A stretch of DNA of 64,000 bases from Auanema rhodensis. Taxonomy: Eukaryota > Animalia > Nematoda. The notes under the pieces were generated by a model that searched no databases, had not been told where the DNA came from, and was given only the letters and a program-made list of their open reading frames with translations. This document shows, piece by piece, positions 43,401-56,900 of this stretch. The translations under genes were made by a program, and so were the position numbers. Location of the stretch: contig OZ059894.1 in the NCBI GenBank assembly GCA_964057225.1, positions 23,560,001 through 23,624,000 of the forward strand. Reading direction: 5' to 3'. Every line of letters starts with the position of its first letter. Within the stretch, counting starts at the first letter, position 1.

Positions 43401-46400
43401 CGCTTCACGTGAAAGATAAAGAGATGCGGTTTTCAAAATTAGATTCCCCATGTCCATATTAGTTTAAACAAACTTTTATTGTTATTGGTTCAAGGTAACC
43501 ATGACTTTGAATTTTACGTGAACTTTAATTTATGCTAATTAAATGTACACGTGATGTGCACTTGGTATGTAACTCGCTTCACGTGAAAGATAAAGAGATG
43601 CGGTTTTCAAAATTAGATTCCCCATGTCCATATTAGTCTAAAAACAAATTTTTATTGATATTGGTTCATGGTAACCATGACTTTGAAATTTACGTGAACT
43701 TTAATTTATGCTAATTAAATGTACACGTGATGTGCACTTGGTATGTAACTCGCTTCACGTGAAAGATAAAGAGATGCGGTTTTCAAAATTAGATTCCCCA
43801 TGTCTATATTAGTCTAAAAACAAATTTTTATTGATATTGGTTCATGGTAACCATGACTTTGAAATTTACGTGAACTTTAATTTATGCTAATTAAATGTAC
43901 ACGTGATGTGCACTTGGTATGTAACTCGCTTCACGTGAAAGATAAAGAGATGCGGTTTTCAAAATTAGATTCCCCATGTCCATATTAGTCTAAAAACAAA
44001 TTTGTATTGATATTGGTTCATGGTAACCATGTCTTTGAAATTTACGTGAACTTTAATTTATGCTAATTAAATGTACACGTGATGTGCTCTTGGTATGTAA
44101 CTCGCTTCACGTGAAAGATAAAAAGATGCGGTTTTCAAAATTAGATTCCCCATGTCCATATTAGTCTAAAAACAAATTTTTATTGATATTGGTTCATGGT
44201 AACCATGACTTTGAAATTTACGTGAACTTTAATTTATGCTAATTAAATTTACACGTGATGTGCACTTGGTATGTAACTCGCTTCACGTGAAAGATAAAGA
44301 GATGCGGTTTTCAAAATTAGATTCCCCATGTCCATATTAGTCTAAAAACAAATTTTTATTGATATTGGTTCATGGTAACCATGACTTTGAAATTTACGTG
44401 AACTTTAATTTATGCTAATTAAATGTACACGTGATGTGCACTTGGTATGTAACTCGCTTCACGTGAAAGATAAAGAGATGCGGTTTTCAAAATTAGATTC
44501 CCCATGTCCATATTAGTCTAAAAACAAATTTTTATTGATATTGGTGCATGGTAACCATGACTTTGAAATTTACGTGAACTTTAATTTATGCTAATTAAAT
44601 GTACACGTGATGTGCACTTGGTATGTAACTTGCTTCACGTGAAAGATAAAGAGATGCGGTTTTCAAAATTAGATTCCCCATGTCCATATTAGTCTAAAAA
44701 CAAATTTTTATTGATATTGGTGCATGGTAACCATGACTTTGAAATTTACGTGAACTTTAATTTATGCTAATTAAATGTACACGTGATGTGCACTTGGTAT
44801 GTAACTTGCTTCACGTGAAAGATAAAGAGATGCGGTTTTCAAAATTAGATTCCCCATGTCCATATTAGTCTAAAAACAAATTTTTATTGATATTGGTTCA
44901 TGGTAACCATGACTTTGAAATTTACGTGAACTTTAATTTATGCTAATTAAATGTACACGTGATGTGCACTTGGTATGTAACTCGCTTCACGTGAAAGATA
45001 AAGAGATGCGGTTTTCAAAATTAGATTCCCCATGTCCATATTAGTCTAAAAACAAATTTTTATTGATATTGGTGCATGGTAACCATGACTTTGAAATTTA
45101 CGTGAACTTTAATTTATGCTAATTAAATGTACACGTGATGTGCACTTGGTATGTAACTTGCTTCACGTGAAAGATAAAGAGATGCGGTTTTCAAAATTAG
45201 ATTCCCCATGTCCATATTAGTCTAAAAACAAATTTTTATTGATATTGGTTCATGGTAACCATGACTTTGAAATTTACGTGAACTTTAATTTATGCTAATT
45301 AAATGTACACGTGATGTGCACTTGGTATGTAACTCGCTTCACGTGAAAGATAAAGAGATGCGGTTTTCAAAATTAGATTCCCCATGTCTATATTAGTCTA
45401 AAAACAAATTTTTATTGATATTGGTTCATGGTAACCATGACTTTGAAATTTACGTGAACTTTAATTTATGCTAATTAAATGTACACGTGATGTGCACTTG
45501 GTATGTAACTCGCTTCACGTGAAAGATAAAGAGATGCGGTTTTCAAAATTAGATTCCCCATGTCCATATTTGTCTAAAAACAAATTTGTATTGATATTGG
45601 TTCATGGTAACCATGTCTTTGAAATTTACGTGAACTTTAATTTATGCTAATTAAATGTACACGTGATGTGCTCTTGGTATGTAACTCGCTTCACGTGAAA
45701 GATAAAAAGATGCGGTTTTCAAAATTAGATTCCCCATGTCCATATTAGTCTAAAAACAAATTTTTATTGATATTGGTTCATGGTAACCATGACTTTGAAA
45801 TTTACGTGAACTTTAATTTATGCTAATTAAATTTACACGTGATGTGCACTTGGTATGTAACTCGCTTCACGTGAAAGATAAAGAGATGCGGTTTTCAAAA
45901 TTAGATTCCCCATGTCCATATTAGTCTAAAAACAAATTTTTATTGATATTGGTTCATGGTAACCATGACTTTGAAATTTACGTGAACTTTAATTTATGCT
46001 AATTAAATGTACACGTGATGTGCACTTGGTATGTAACTCGCTTCACGTGAAAGATAAAGAGATGCGGTTTTCAAAATTAGATTCCCCATGTCCATATTAG
46101 TCTAAAAACAAATTTTTATTGATATTGGTGCATGGTAACCATGACTTTGAAATTTACGTGAACTTTAATTTATGCTAATTAAATGTACACGTGATGTGCA
46201 CTTGGTATGTAACTTGCTTCACGTGAAAGATAAAGAGATGCGGTTTTCAAAATTAGATTCCCCATGTCCATATTAGTCTAAAAACAAATTTTTATTGATA
46301 TTGGTTCATGGTAACCATGACTTTGAAACTTACGTGAACTTTAATTTATGCTAATTAAATGTACACGTGATGTGCACTTGGTATGTAACTCGCTTCACGT

Positions 46401-48362
46401 GAAAGATAAAGAGATGCGGTTTTCAAAATTAGATTCCCCATGTTCATATTAGTCTAAAAACAAATTTTTATTGATATTGGTGCATGGTAACCATGACTTT
46501 GAAATTTACGTGAACTTTAATTTATGCTAATTAAATGTACACGTGATGTGCACTTGGTATGTAACTCGCTTCACGTGAAAGATAAAGAGATGCGGTTTTC
46601 AAAATTAGATTCCCCATGTCTATATTAGTCTAAAAACAAATTTTTATTGATATTGGTTCATGGTAACCATGTCTTTGAAATTTACGTGAACTTTAATTTA
46701 TGCTAATTAAATGTACACGTGATGTGCTCTTGGTATGTAACTCGCTTCACGTGAAAGATAAAAAGATGCGGTTTTCAAAATTAGATTCCCCATGTCCATA
46801 TTAGTCTAAAAACAAATTTTTATTGATATTGGTTCATGGTAACCATGACTTTGAAATTTACGTGAACTTTAATTTATGCTAATTAAATTTACACGTGATG
46901 TGCACTTGGTATGTAACTCGCTTCACGTGAAAGATAAAGAGATGCGGTTTTCAAAATTAGATTCCCCATGTCCATATTAGTCTAAAAACAAATTTTTATT
47001 GATATTGGTTCATGGTAACCATGACTTTGAAATTTACGTGAACTTTAATTTATGCTAATTAAATGTACACGTGATGTGCACTTGGTATGTAACTCGCTTC
47101 ACGTGAAAGATAAAGAGATGCGGTTTTCAAAATTAGATTCCCCATGTCCATATTAGTCTAAAAACAAATTTTTATTGATATTGGTGCATGGTAACCATGA
47201 CTTTGAAATTTACGTGAACTTTAATTTATGCTAATTAAATGTACACGTGATGTGCACTTGGTATGTAACTTGCTTCACGTGAAAGATAAAGAGATGCGGT
47301 TTTCAAAATTAGATTCCCCATGTCCATATTAGTCTAAAAACAAATTTTTATTGATATTGGTTCATGGTAACCATGACTTTGAAACTTACGTGAACTTTAA
47401 TTTATGCTAATTAAATGTACACGTGATGTGCACTTGGTATGTAACTCGCTTCACGTGAAAGATAAAGAGATGCGGTTTTCAAAATTAGATTCCCCATGTT
47501 CATATTAGTCTAAAAACAAATTTTTATTGATATTGGTGCATGGTAACCATGACTTTGAAATTTACGTGAACTTTAATTTATGCTAATTAAATGTACACGT
47601 GATGTGCACTTGGTATGTAACTCGCTTCACGTGAAAGATAAAGAGATGCGGTTTTCAAAATTAGATTCCCCATGTCCATATTAGTCTAAAAACAAATTTT
47701 TATTGATATTGGTTCATGGTAACCATGACTTTGAAATTTACGTGAACTTTAATTTATGCTAATTAAATGTACACGTGATGTGCACTTGGTATGTAACTCG
47801 CTTCACGTGAAAGATAAAGAGATGCGGTTTTCAAAATTAGATTCCCCATGTCCATATTAGTCTAAAAACAAATTTTTATTGATATTGGTGCATGGTAACC
47901 ATGACTTTGAAATTTACGTGAACTTTAATTTATGCTAATTAAATGTACACGTGATGTGCACTTGGTATGTAACTTGCTTCACGTGAAAGATAAAGAGATG
48001 CGGTTTTCAAAATTAGATTCCCCATGTCCATATTAGTCTAAAAACAAATTTTTATTGATATTGGTGCATGGTAACCATGACTTTGAAATTTACGTGAACT
48101 TTAATTTATGCTAATTAAATGTACACGTGATGTGCACTTGGTATGTAACTCGCTTCACGTGAAAGATAAAGAGATGCGGTTTTCAAAATTAGATTCCCCA
48201 TGTCCATATTAGTCTAAAAACAAATTTTTATTGATATTGGTTCATGGTAACCATGTCTTTGAAATTTACGTGAACTTTAATTTATGCTAATTAAATGTAC
48301 ACGTGATGTGCACTTGGTATGTAACTCGCTTCACGTGAAAGATAAAGAGATGCGGTTTTCAA

Positions 48363-50472
48363 AATTAGATTCCCCATGTCCATATTAGTTTAAACAAACT
48401 TTTATTGTTATTGGTTCAAGGTAACCATGACTTTGAATTTTACGTGAACTTTAATTTATGCTAATTAAATGTACACGTGATGTGCACTTGGTATGTAACT
48501 CGCTTCACGTGAAAGATAAAGAGATGCGGTTCTCAAAATTAGATTCCCCATGTCCATATTAGTCTAAAAACAAATTTTTATTGATATTGGTTCATGGTAA
48601 CCATGACTTTGAAATTTACGTGAACTTTAATTTATGCTAATTAAATGTACACGTGATGTGCACTTGGTATGTAACTCGCTTCACGTGAAAGATAAAGAGA
48701 TGCGGTTTTCAAAATTAGATTCCCCATGTCTATATTAGTCTAAAAACAAATTTTTATTGATATTGGTTCATGGTAACCATGACTTTGAAATATACGTGAA
48801 CTTTAATTTATGCTAATTAAATGTACACGTGATGTGCACTTGGTATGTAACTCGCTTCACGTGAAAGATAAAGAGATGCGGTTTTCAAAATTAGATTTCC
48901 CATGTCCATATTAGTCTAAAAACAAATTTTTATTGATATTGGTTCATGGTAACCATGTCTTTGAAATTTACGTGAACTTTAATTTATGCTAATTAAATGT
49001 ACACGTGATGTGCACTTGGTATGTAACTCGCTTCACGTGAAAGATAAAAAGATGCGGTTTTCAAAATTAGATTCCCCATGTCCATATTAGTCTAAAAACA
49101 AATTTTTATTGATATTGGTTCATGGTAACCATGACTTTGAAATTTACGTGAACTTTAATTTATGCTAATTAAATGTACACGTGATGTGCTCTTGGTATGT
49201 AACTCGCTTCACGTGAAAGATAAAGAGATGCGGTTTTCAAAAATAGATTCCCCATGTCCATATTAGTCTAAAAACAAATTTTTATTGATATTGGTTCATG
49301 GTAACCATGACTTTGAAATTTACGTGAACTTTAATTTATGCTAATTAAATGTACACGTGATGTGCACTTGGTATGTAACTCGCTTCACGTGAAAGATAAA
49401 GAGATGCGGTTTTCAAAATTAGATTCCCCATGTCCATATTAGTCTAAAAACAAATTTTTATTGATATTGGTGCATGGTAACCATGACTTTGAAATTTACG
49501 TGAACTTTAATTTATGCTAATTAAATGTACACGTGATGTGCACTTGGTATGTAACTTGCTTCACGTGAAAGATAAAGAGATGCGGTTTTCAAAATTAGAT
49601 TCCCCATGTCCATATTAGTCTAAAAACAAATTTTTATTGATATTGGTTCATGGTAACCATGACTTTGAAACTTACGTGAACTTTAATTTATGCTAATTAA
49701 ATGTACACGTGATGTGCACTTGGTATGTAACTCGCTTCACGTGAAAGATAAAGAGATGCGGTTTTCAAAATTAGATTCCCCATGTTCATATTAGTCTAAA
49801 AACAAATTTTTATTGATATTGGTGCATGGTAACCATGACTTTGAAATTTACGTGAACTTTAATTTATGCTAATTAAATGTACACGTGATGTGCACTTGGT
49901 ATGTAACTCGCTTCACGTGAAAGATAAAGAGATGCGGTTTTCAAAATTAGATTCCCCATGTCCATATTAGTCTAAAAACAAATTTTTATTGTTATTGGTT
50001 CATGGTAACCATGACTTTGAAATTTACGTGAACTTTAATTTATGCTAATTAAATGTACACGTGATGTGCACTTGGTATGTAACTCGCTTCACGTGAAAGA
50101 TAAAGAGATGCGGTTTTCAAAATTAGATTCCCCATGTCCATATTAGTCTAAAAACAAATTTTTATTGATATTGGTTCATGGTAACCATGTCTTTGAAATT
50201 TACGTGAACTTTAATTTATGCTATGTAAATGTACACGTGATGTGCACTTGGTATGTGACTCGCTTCACGTGAAAGATAAAGAGATGCGGTTTTCAAAATT
50301 AGATTCCCCATGTCCATATTAGTCGAAAAACAAATTTTTATTGATATTGGTTCATGGTAACCATGACTTTGAAATTTACGTGAACTTTAATTTATGCTAA
50401 TTAAATGTACACGTGATGTGCACTTGGTATGTAACTCGCTTCACGTGAAAGATAAAGAGATGCGGTTTTCAA
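48363..50472. repeat. 12-monomer HOR unit (2110 bp), more diverged copy of 12839-14948
   Basis: Same order of diagnostic monomers, plus extra substitutions not shared with the 12839 copy (e.g. 48532, 48792, 48898, 49243, 50224-50225, 50325). Confidence 0.8.
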
Positions 50473-51526
50473 AATTAGATTCCCCATGTCCATATTAGTT
50501 TAAACAAACTTTTATTGTTATTGGTTCAAGGTAACCATGACTTTGAATTTTACGTGAACTTTAATTTATGCTAATTAAATGTACACGTGATGTGCACTTG
50601 GTATGTAACTCGCTTCACGTGGAAGATAAAGAGATGCGGTTTTCAAAATTAGATTCCCCATGTCCATATTAGTCTAAAAACAAATTTTTATTGATATTGG
50701 TTCATGGTAACCATGACTTTGAAATTTACGTGAACTTTAATTTATGCTAATTAAATGTACACGTGATGTGCACTTGGTATGTAACTCGCTTCACGTGAAA
50801 GATAAAGAGATGCGGTTTTCAAAATTAGATTCCCCATGTCTATATTAGTCTAAAAACAAATTTTTATTGATATTGGTTCATGGTAACCATGACTTTGAAA
50901 TTTACGTGAACTTTAATTTATGCTAATTAAATGTACACGTGATGTGCACTTGGTATGTAACTCGCTTCACGTGAAAGATAAAGAGATGCGGTTTTCAAAA
51001 TTAGATTCCCCATGTCCATATTAGTCTAAAAACAAATTTTTATTGATATTGGTTCATGGTAACCATGTCTTTGAAATTTACGTGAACTTTAATTTATGCT
51101 AATTAAATGTACACGTGATGTGCACTTGGTATGTAACTCGCTTCACGTGAAAGATAAAGAGATGCGGTTTTCAAAATTAGATTCCCCATGTCCATATTAG
51201 TCTAAAAACAAATTTTTATTGATATTGGTTCATGGTAACCATGACTTTGAAATTTACGTGAACTTTAATTTATGCTAATTAAATGTACACGTGATGTGCA
51301 CTTGGTATGTAACTCGCTTCACGTGAAAGATAAAGAGATGCGGTTTTCAAAATTAGATTCCCCATGTCCATATTAGTCTAAAAACAAATTTTTATTGATA
51401 TTGGTGCATGGTAACCATGACTTTGAAATTTACGTGAACTTTAATTTATGCTAATTAAATGTACACGTGATGTGCACTTGGTATGTAACTTGCTTCACGT
51501 GAAAGATAAAGAGATGCGGTTTTCAA

Positions 51527-53990
51527 AATTAGATTCCCCATGTCCATATTAGTCTAAAAACAAATTTTTATTGATATTGGTTCATGGTAACCATGTCTTT
51601 GAAGTTTACGTGAACTTTAATTTATGCTAATTAAATGTACACGTGATGTGCACTTGGTATGTAACTCGCTTCACGTGAAAGATAAAGAGATGCGGTTTTC
51701 AAAATTAGATTCCCCATGTCCATATTAGTCTAAAAACAAATTTTTATTGATATTGGTTCATGGTAACCATGTCTTTGAAATTTACGTGAACTTTAATTTA
51801 TGCTAATTAAATGTACACGTGATGTGCACTTGGTATGTAACTCGCTTCACGTGAAAGATAAAGAGATGCGGTTTTCAAAATTAAATTCCCCATGTCCATA
51901 TTAGTCTAAAAACAAATTTTTATTGATATTGGTTCATGGTAACCATGACTTTGAAATTTACGTGAACTTTAATTTATGCTAATTAAATGTACACGTGATG
52001 TGCACTTGGTATGTAACTCGCTTCACGTGAAAGATAAAGAGATGCGGTTTTCAAAATTAGATTCCCCATGTCCATAGTAGTCTAAAAACAAATTTTTATT
52101 GTTATTGGTTCATGGTAACCATGACTTTGAAATTTACGTGAACTTTAATTTATGCTAATTAAATGTACACGTGATGTGCACTTGGTATGTAACTCGCTTC
52201 ACGTGAAAGATAAAGAGATGCGGTTTTCAAAATTAGATTCCCCATGTCCATATTAGTCTAAAAACAAATTTTTATTGATATTGGTGCATGGTAACCATGA
52301 CTTTGAAATTTACGTGAACTTTAATTTATGCTAATTAAATGTACACGTGATGTGCACTTGGTATGTAACTCGCTTCACGTGAAAGATAAAGAGATGCGGT
52401 TTTCAAAATTAGATTCCCCATGTCCATATTAGTCTAAAAACAAATTTTTATTGATATTAGTTCATGGTAACCATGTCTTTGAAATTTACGTGAACTTTAA
52501 TTTATGCTAATTAAATGTACACGTGATGTGCACTTGGTATGTAACTTGCTTCACGTGAAAGATAAAGAGATGCGGTTTTCAAAATTAGATTCCCCATGTC
52601 CATATTAGTCTAAAAACAAATTTTTATTGATATTGGTTCATGGTAACCATGACTTTGAAATTTACGTGAACTTTAATTTATGCTAATTAAATGTACACGT
52701 GATGTGCACTTGGTATGTAACTCGCTTCACGTGAAAGATAAAGAGATGCGGTTTTCAAAATTAGATTCCCCATGTCCATATTAGTCTAAAAACAAATTTT
52801 TATTGATATTGGTTCATGGTAACCATGACTTTGAAATTTACGTGAACTTTAATTTATGCTAATTAAATGTACACGTGATGTGCACTTGGTATGTAACTCG
52901 CTTCACGTGAAAGATAAAGAGATGCGGTTTTCAAAATTAGATTCCCCATGTCCATATTAGTCTAAAAACAAATTTTTATTGATATTGGTTCATGGTAACC
53001 ATGTCTTTGAAGTTTACGTGAACTTTAATTTATGCTAATTAAATGTACACGTGATGTGCACTTGGTATGTAACTCGCTTCACGTGAAAGATAAAGAGATG
53101 CGGTTTTCAAAATTAGATTCCCCATGTCCATATTAGTCTAAAAACAAATTTTTATTGATATTGGTTCATGGTAACCATGTCTTTGAAATTTACGTGAACT
53201 TTAATTTATGCTAATTAAATGTACACGTGATGTGCACTTGGTATGTAACTCGCTTCACGTGAAAGATAAAGAGATGCGGTTTTCAAAATTAAATTCCCCA
53301 TGTCCATATTAGTCTAAAAACAAATTTTTATTGATATTGGTTCATGGTAACCATGACTTTGAAATTTACGTGAACTTTAATTTATGCTAATTAAATGTAC
53401 ACGTGATGTGCACTTGGTATGTAACTCGCTTCACGTGAAAGATAAAGAGATGCGGTTTTCAAAATTAGATTCCCCATGTCCATAGTAGTCTAAAAACAAA
53501 TTTTTATTGTTATTGGTTCATGGTAACCATGACTTTGAAATTTACGTGAACTTTAATTTATGCTAATTAAATGTACACGTGATGTGCACTTGGTATGTAA
53601 CTCGCTTCACGTGAAAGATAAAGAGATGCGGTTTTCAAAATTAGATTCCCCATGTCCATATTAGTCTAAAAACAAATTTTTATTGATATTGGTGCATGGT
53701 AACCATGACTTTGAAATTTACGTGAACTTTAATTTATGCTAATTAAATGTACACGTGATGTGCACTTGGTATGTAACTCGCTTCACGTGAAAGATAAAGA
53801 GATGCGGTTTTCAAAATTAGATTCCCCATGTCCATATTAGTCTAAAAACAAATTTTTATTGATATTAGTGCATGGTAACCATGTCTTTGAAATTTACGTG
53901 AACTTTAATTTATGCTAATTAAATGTACACGTGATGTGCACTTGGTATGTAACTTGCTTCACGTGAAAGATAAAGAGATGCGGTTTTCAA
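51527..53990. repeat. Tandem duplication with 8-monomer (1408 bp) offset at the sub-domain junction
   Basis: A78G at 51604/53012, G6A at 51884/53292, T23G+A48T at 52077/53485 and G53A at 52459/53867, all offset by 1408. Confidence 0.9.
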
Positions 53991-56900
53991 AATTAGATTC
54001 CCCATGTCCATATTAGTCTAAAAAAAAATTTTTATTGATATTGGTTCATGGTAACCATGACTTTGAAATTTACGTGAACTTTAATTTATGCTAATTAAAT
54101 GTACACGTGATGTGCACTTGGTATGTAACTCGCTTCACGTGAAAGATAAAGAGATGCGGTTTTCAAAATTAGAATCCCCATGTCCATATTAGTCTAAAAA
54201 CAAATTTTTATTGATATTGGTGCATGGTAACCATGACTTTGAAATTTACGTGAACTTTAATTTATGCTAATTAAATGTACACGTGATGTGCACTTGGTAT
54301 GTAACTCGCTTCACGTGAAAGATAAAGAGATGCGGTTTTCGAAATTAGATTCCCCATGTCCATATTAGTCTAAAAACAAATTTTTATTGATATTGGTGCA
54401 TGGTAACCATGACTTTGAAATTTACGTGAACTTTAATTTATGCTAATTAAATGTACACGTGATGTGCACTTGGTATGTAACTCGCTTCACGTGAAAGATA
54501 AAGAGATGCGGTTTTCAAAATTAGATTCCCCATGTCCATATTAGTCTAAAAACAAATTTTTATTGATATTGGTGCATGGTAACCATGACTTTGAAATTTA
54601 CGTGAACTTTAATTTATGCTAATTAAATGTACACGTGATGTGCACTTGGTATGTAACTCGCTTCACGTGAAAGATAAAGAGATGCGGTTTTCAAAATTAG
54701 AATCCCCATGTCCATATTAGTCTAAAAACAAATTTTTATTGATATTAATTCATGGTAACCATGATTTTGAAATTTACGTGAACTTTAATTTATGCTAATT
54801 AAATGTACACGTGATGTGCACTTGGTATGTAACTCGCTTCACGTGAAAGATAAAGAGATGCGGTTTTCAACATTAGATTCCCCATGTCCATATTAGTCTA
54901 AAAACAAATTTTTATTGATATTGGTTCATGGTAACCATGACTTTGAAATTTACGTGAACTTTAATTTATGCTAATTAAATGTACACGTGATGTGCACTTG
55001 GTATGTAACTCGCTTCACGTGAAAGATAAAGAGATGCGGTTTTCAAAATTAGATTCCCCATGTCCATATTAGTCTAAAAACAAATTTTTATTGATATTGG
55101 TTCATGGTAACCGTGACTTTGAAATTTACGTGAACTTTAATTTATGCTAATTAAATGTACACGTGATGTGCACTTGGTATGTAACTCGCTTCACGTGAAA
55201 GATAAAGAGATGCGGTTTTCAACATTAGATTCCCCATGTCCATATTAGTCTAAAAACAAATTTTTATTGATATTGGTGCATGGTAACCATGACTTTGAAA
55301 TTTACGTGAACTTTAATTTATGCTAATTAAATGTACACGTGATGTGCACTTGGTATGTAACTCGCTTCACGTGAAAGACAAAAAGATGCGGTTTTCAAAA
55401 TTAGATTTCTCATGTCCATATTAGTCTAAAAACGAATTTTTATTGATATTGGTGCATGGTAACCATGACTTTGAAATTTACGTGAACTTTAATTTATGCT
55501 AATTAAATGTACACGTGATGTGCACTTGGTATGTAACTCGCTTCACGTGAAAGATAAAGAGATGCGGTTTTCAAAATTAGATTCCCCATGTCCATATTAG
55601 TCTAAAAACAAATTTTTATTGATATTGGTGCATAGTAACCATGACTTTGAAATTTACGTGAACTTTAATTTATGCTAATTAAATGTACACGTGATGTGCA
55701 CTTGGTATGTAACTCGCTTCACGTGAAAGATAAAGAGATGCGGTTTTCAAAATTAGATTCCCCATGTCCATATTAGTCTAAAAACAAATTTTTATTGATA
55801 TTGGTGCATGGTAACCATGACTTTGAAATTTACGTGAACTTTAATTTATGCTAATTAAATGTACACGTGATGTGCACTTGGTATGTAACTCGCTTCACGT
55901 GAAAGACAAAAAGATGCGGTTTTCAAAATTAGATTCCCCATGTCCGTATTAGTCTAAAAACAAATTTTTATTGATATTGGTTCATGGTAACCATGACTTT
56001 GAAATTTACGTGAACTTTAATTTATGCTAATTAAATGTACACGTGATGTGCACTTGGTATGTAACTCGCTTCACGTGAAAGATAAAGAGATGCGGTTTTC
56101 AAAATTAGATTCCCCATGTCCATATCAGTCTAAAAACAAATTTTTATTGATATTGGTGCATGGTAACCATGACTTTGAAATTTACGTGAACTTTAATTTA
56201 TGCTAATTAAATGTACACGTGATGTGCACTTGGTATGTAACTCGCTTCACGTGAAAGATAAAGAGATGCGGTTTTCAAAATTAGATTCCCCATGTCCATA
56301 TTAGTCTAAAAACAAATTTTTATTGATATTGGTTCATGGTAACCATGACTTTGAAATTTACGTGAACTTTAATTTATGCTAATTAAATGTACACGTGATG
56401 TGCACTTGGTATGTAACTCGCTTCACGTGAAAGATAAAGAGATGCGGTTTTCAAAATTAGATTCCCCATGTCCATATTAGTCGAAAAACAAATTTTTATT
56501 GATATTGGTTCATGGTAACCATGACTTTGAAATTTACGTGAACTTTAATTTATGCTAATTAAATGTACACGTGATGTGCACTTGGTATGTGACTCGCTTC
56601 ACGTGAAAGATAAAGAGATGCGGTTTTCAGAATTAGATTTCCCATGTCCATATTAGTCTAAAAACAAATTTTTATTGATATTGGTGCATGGTAACCATGA
56701 CTTTGAAATTTACGTGAACTTTAATTTATGCTAATTAAATGTACACGTGATGTGCACTTGGTATGTAACTCGCTTCACGTGAAAGATAAAGAGATGCGGT
56801 TTTCAAAATTAGAATCCCCATGTCCATATTAGTCTAAAAACAAATTTTTATTGATATTGGTGCATGGTAACCATGATTTTGAAATTTACGTGAACTTTAA

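Larger units (their letters stand above)
1..53990. repeat. Satellite sub-domain A: T56-majority monomers organised as variable-length HORs with the 174-bp D monomer
   Basis: Recurrent variant monomers: C19T; A70T+G161A; T56G+C141T; T79C; T79C+T81A; A48T; A70T+A137G; T42G+A70T+A126T+G161A; and D. The last D starts at 50473. The last A70T and C141T are in the monomer at 53815-53990. Confidence 0.85.

Noticed and set aside
45468-45650. 60-aa ORF MLIKCTRDVHLV...
   Set aside because: It is a translation of the satellite monomer, open only because A25T (45571) turns the usual TAG into TTG. No recognisable domain and no gene context.
1937-50646. Variant order as an information-bearing code
   Set aside because: The patterns are adequately explained by nested in-register duplications and deletions of an ancestral HOR. 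Nothing in the sequence requires a coding interpretation.
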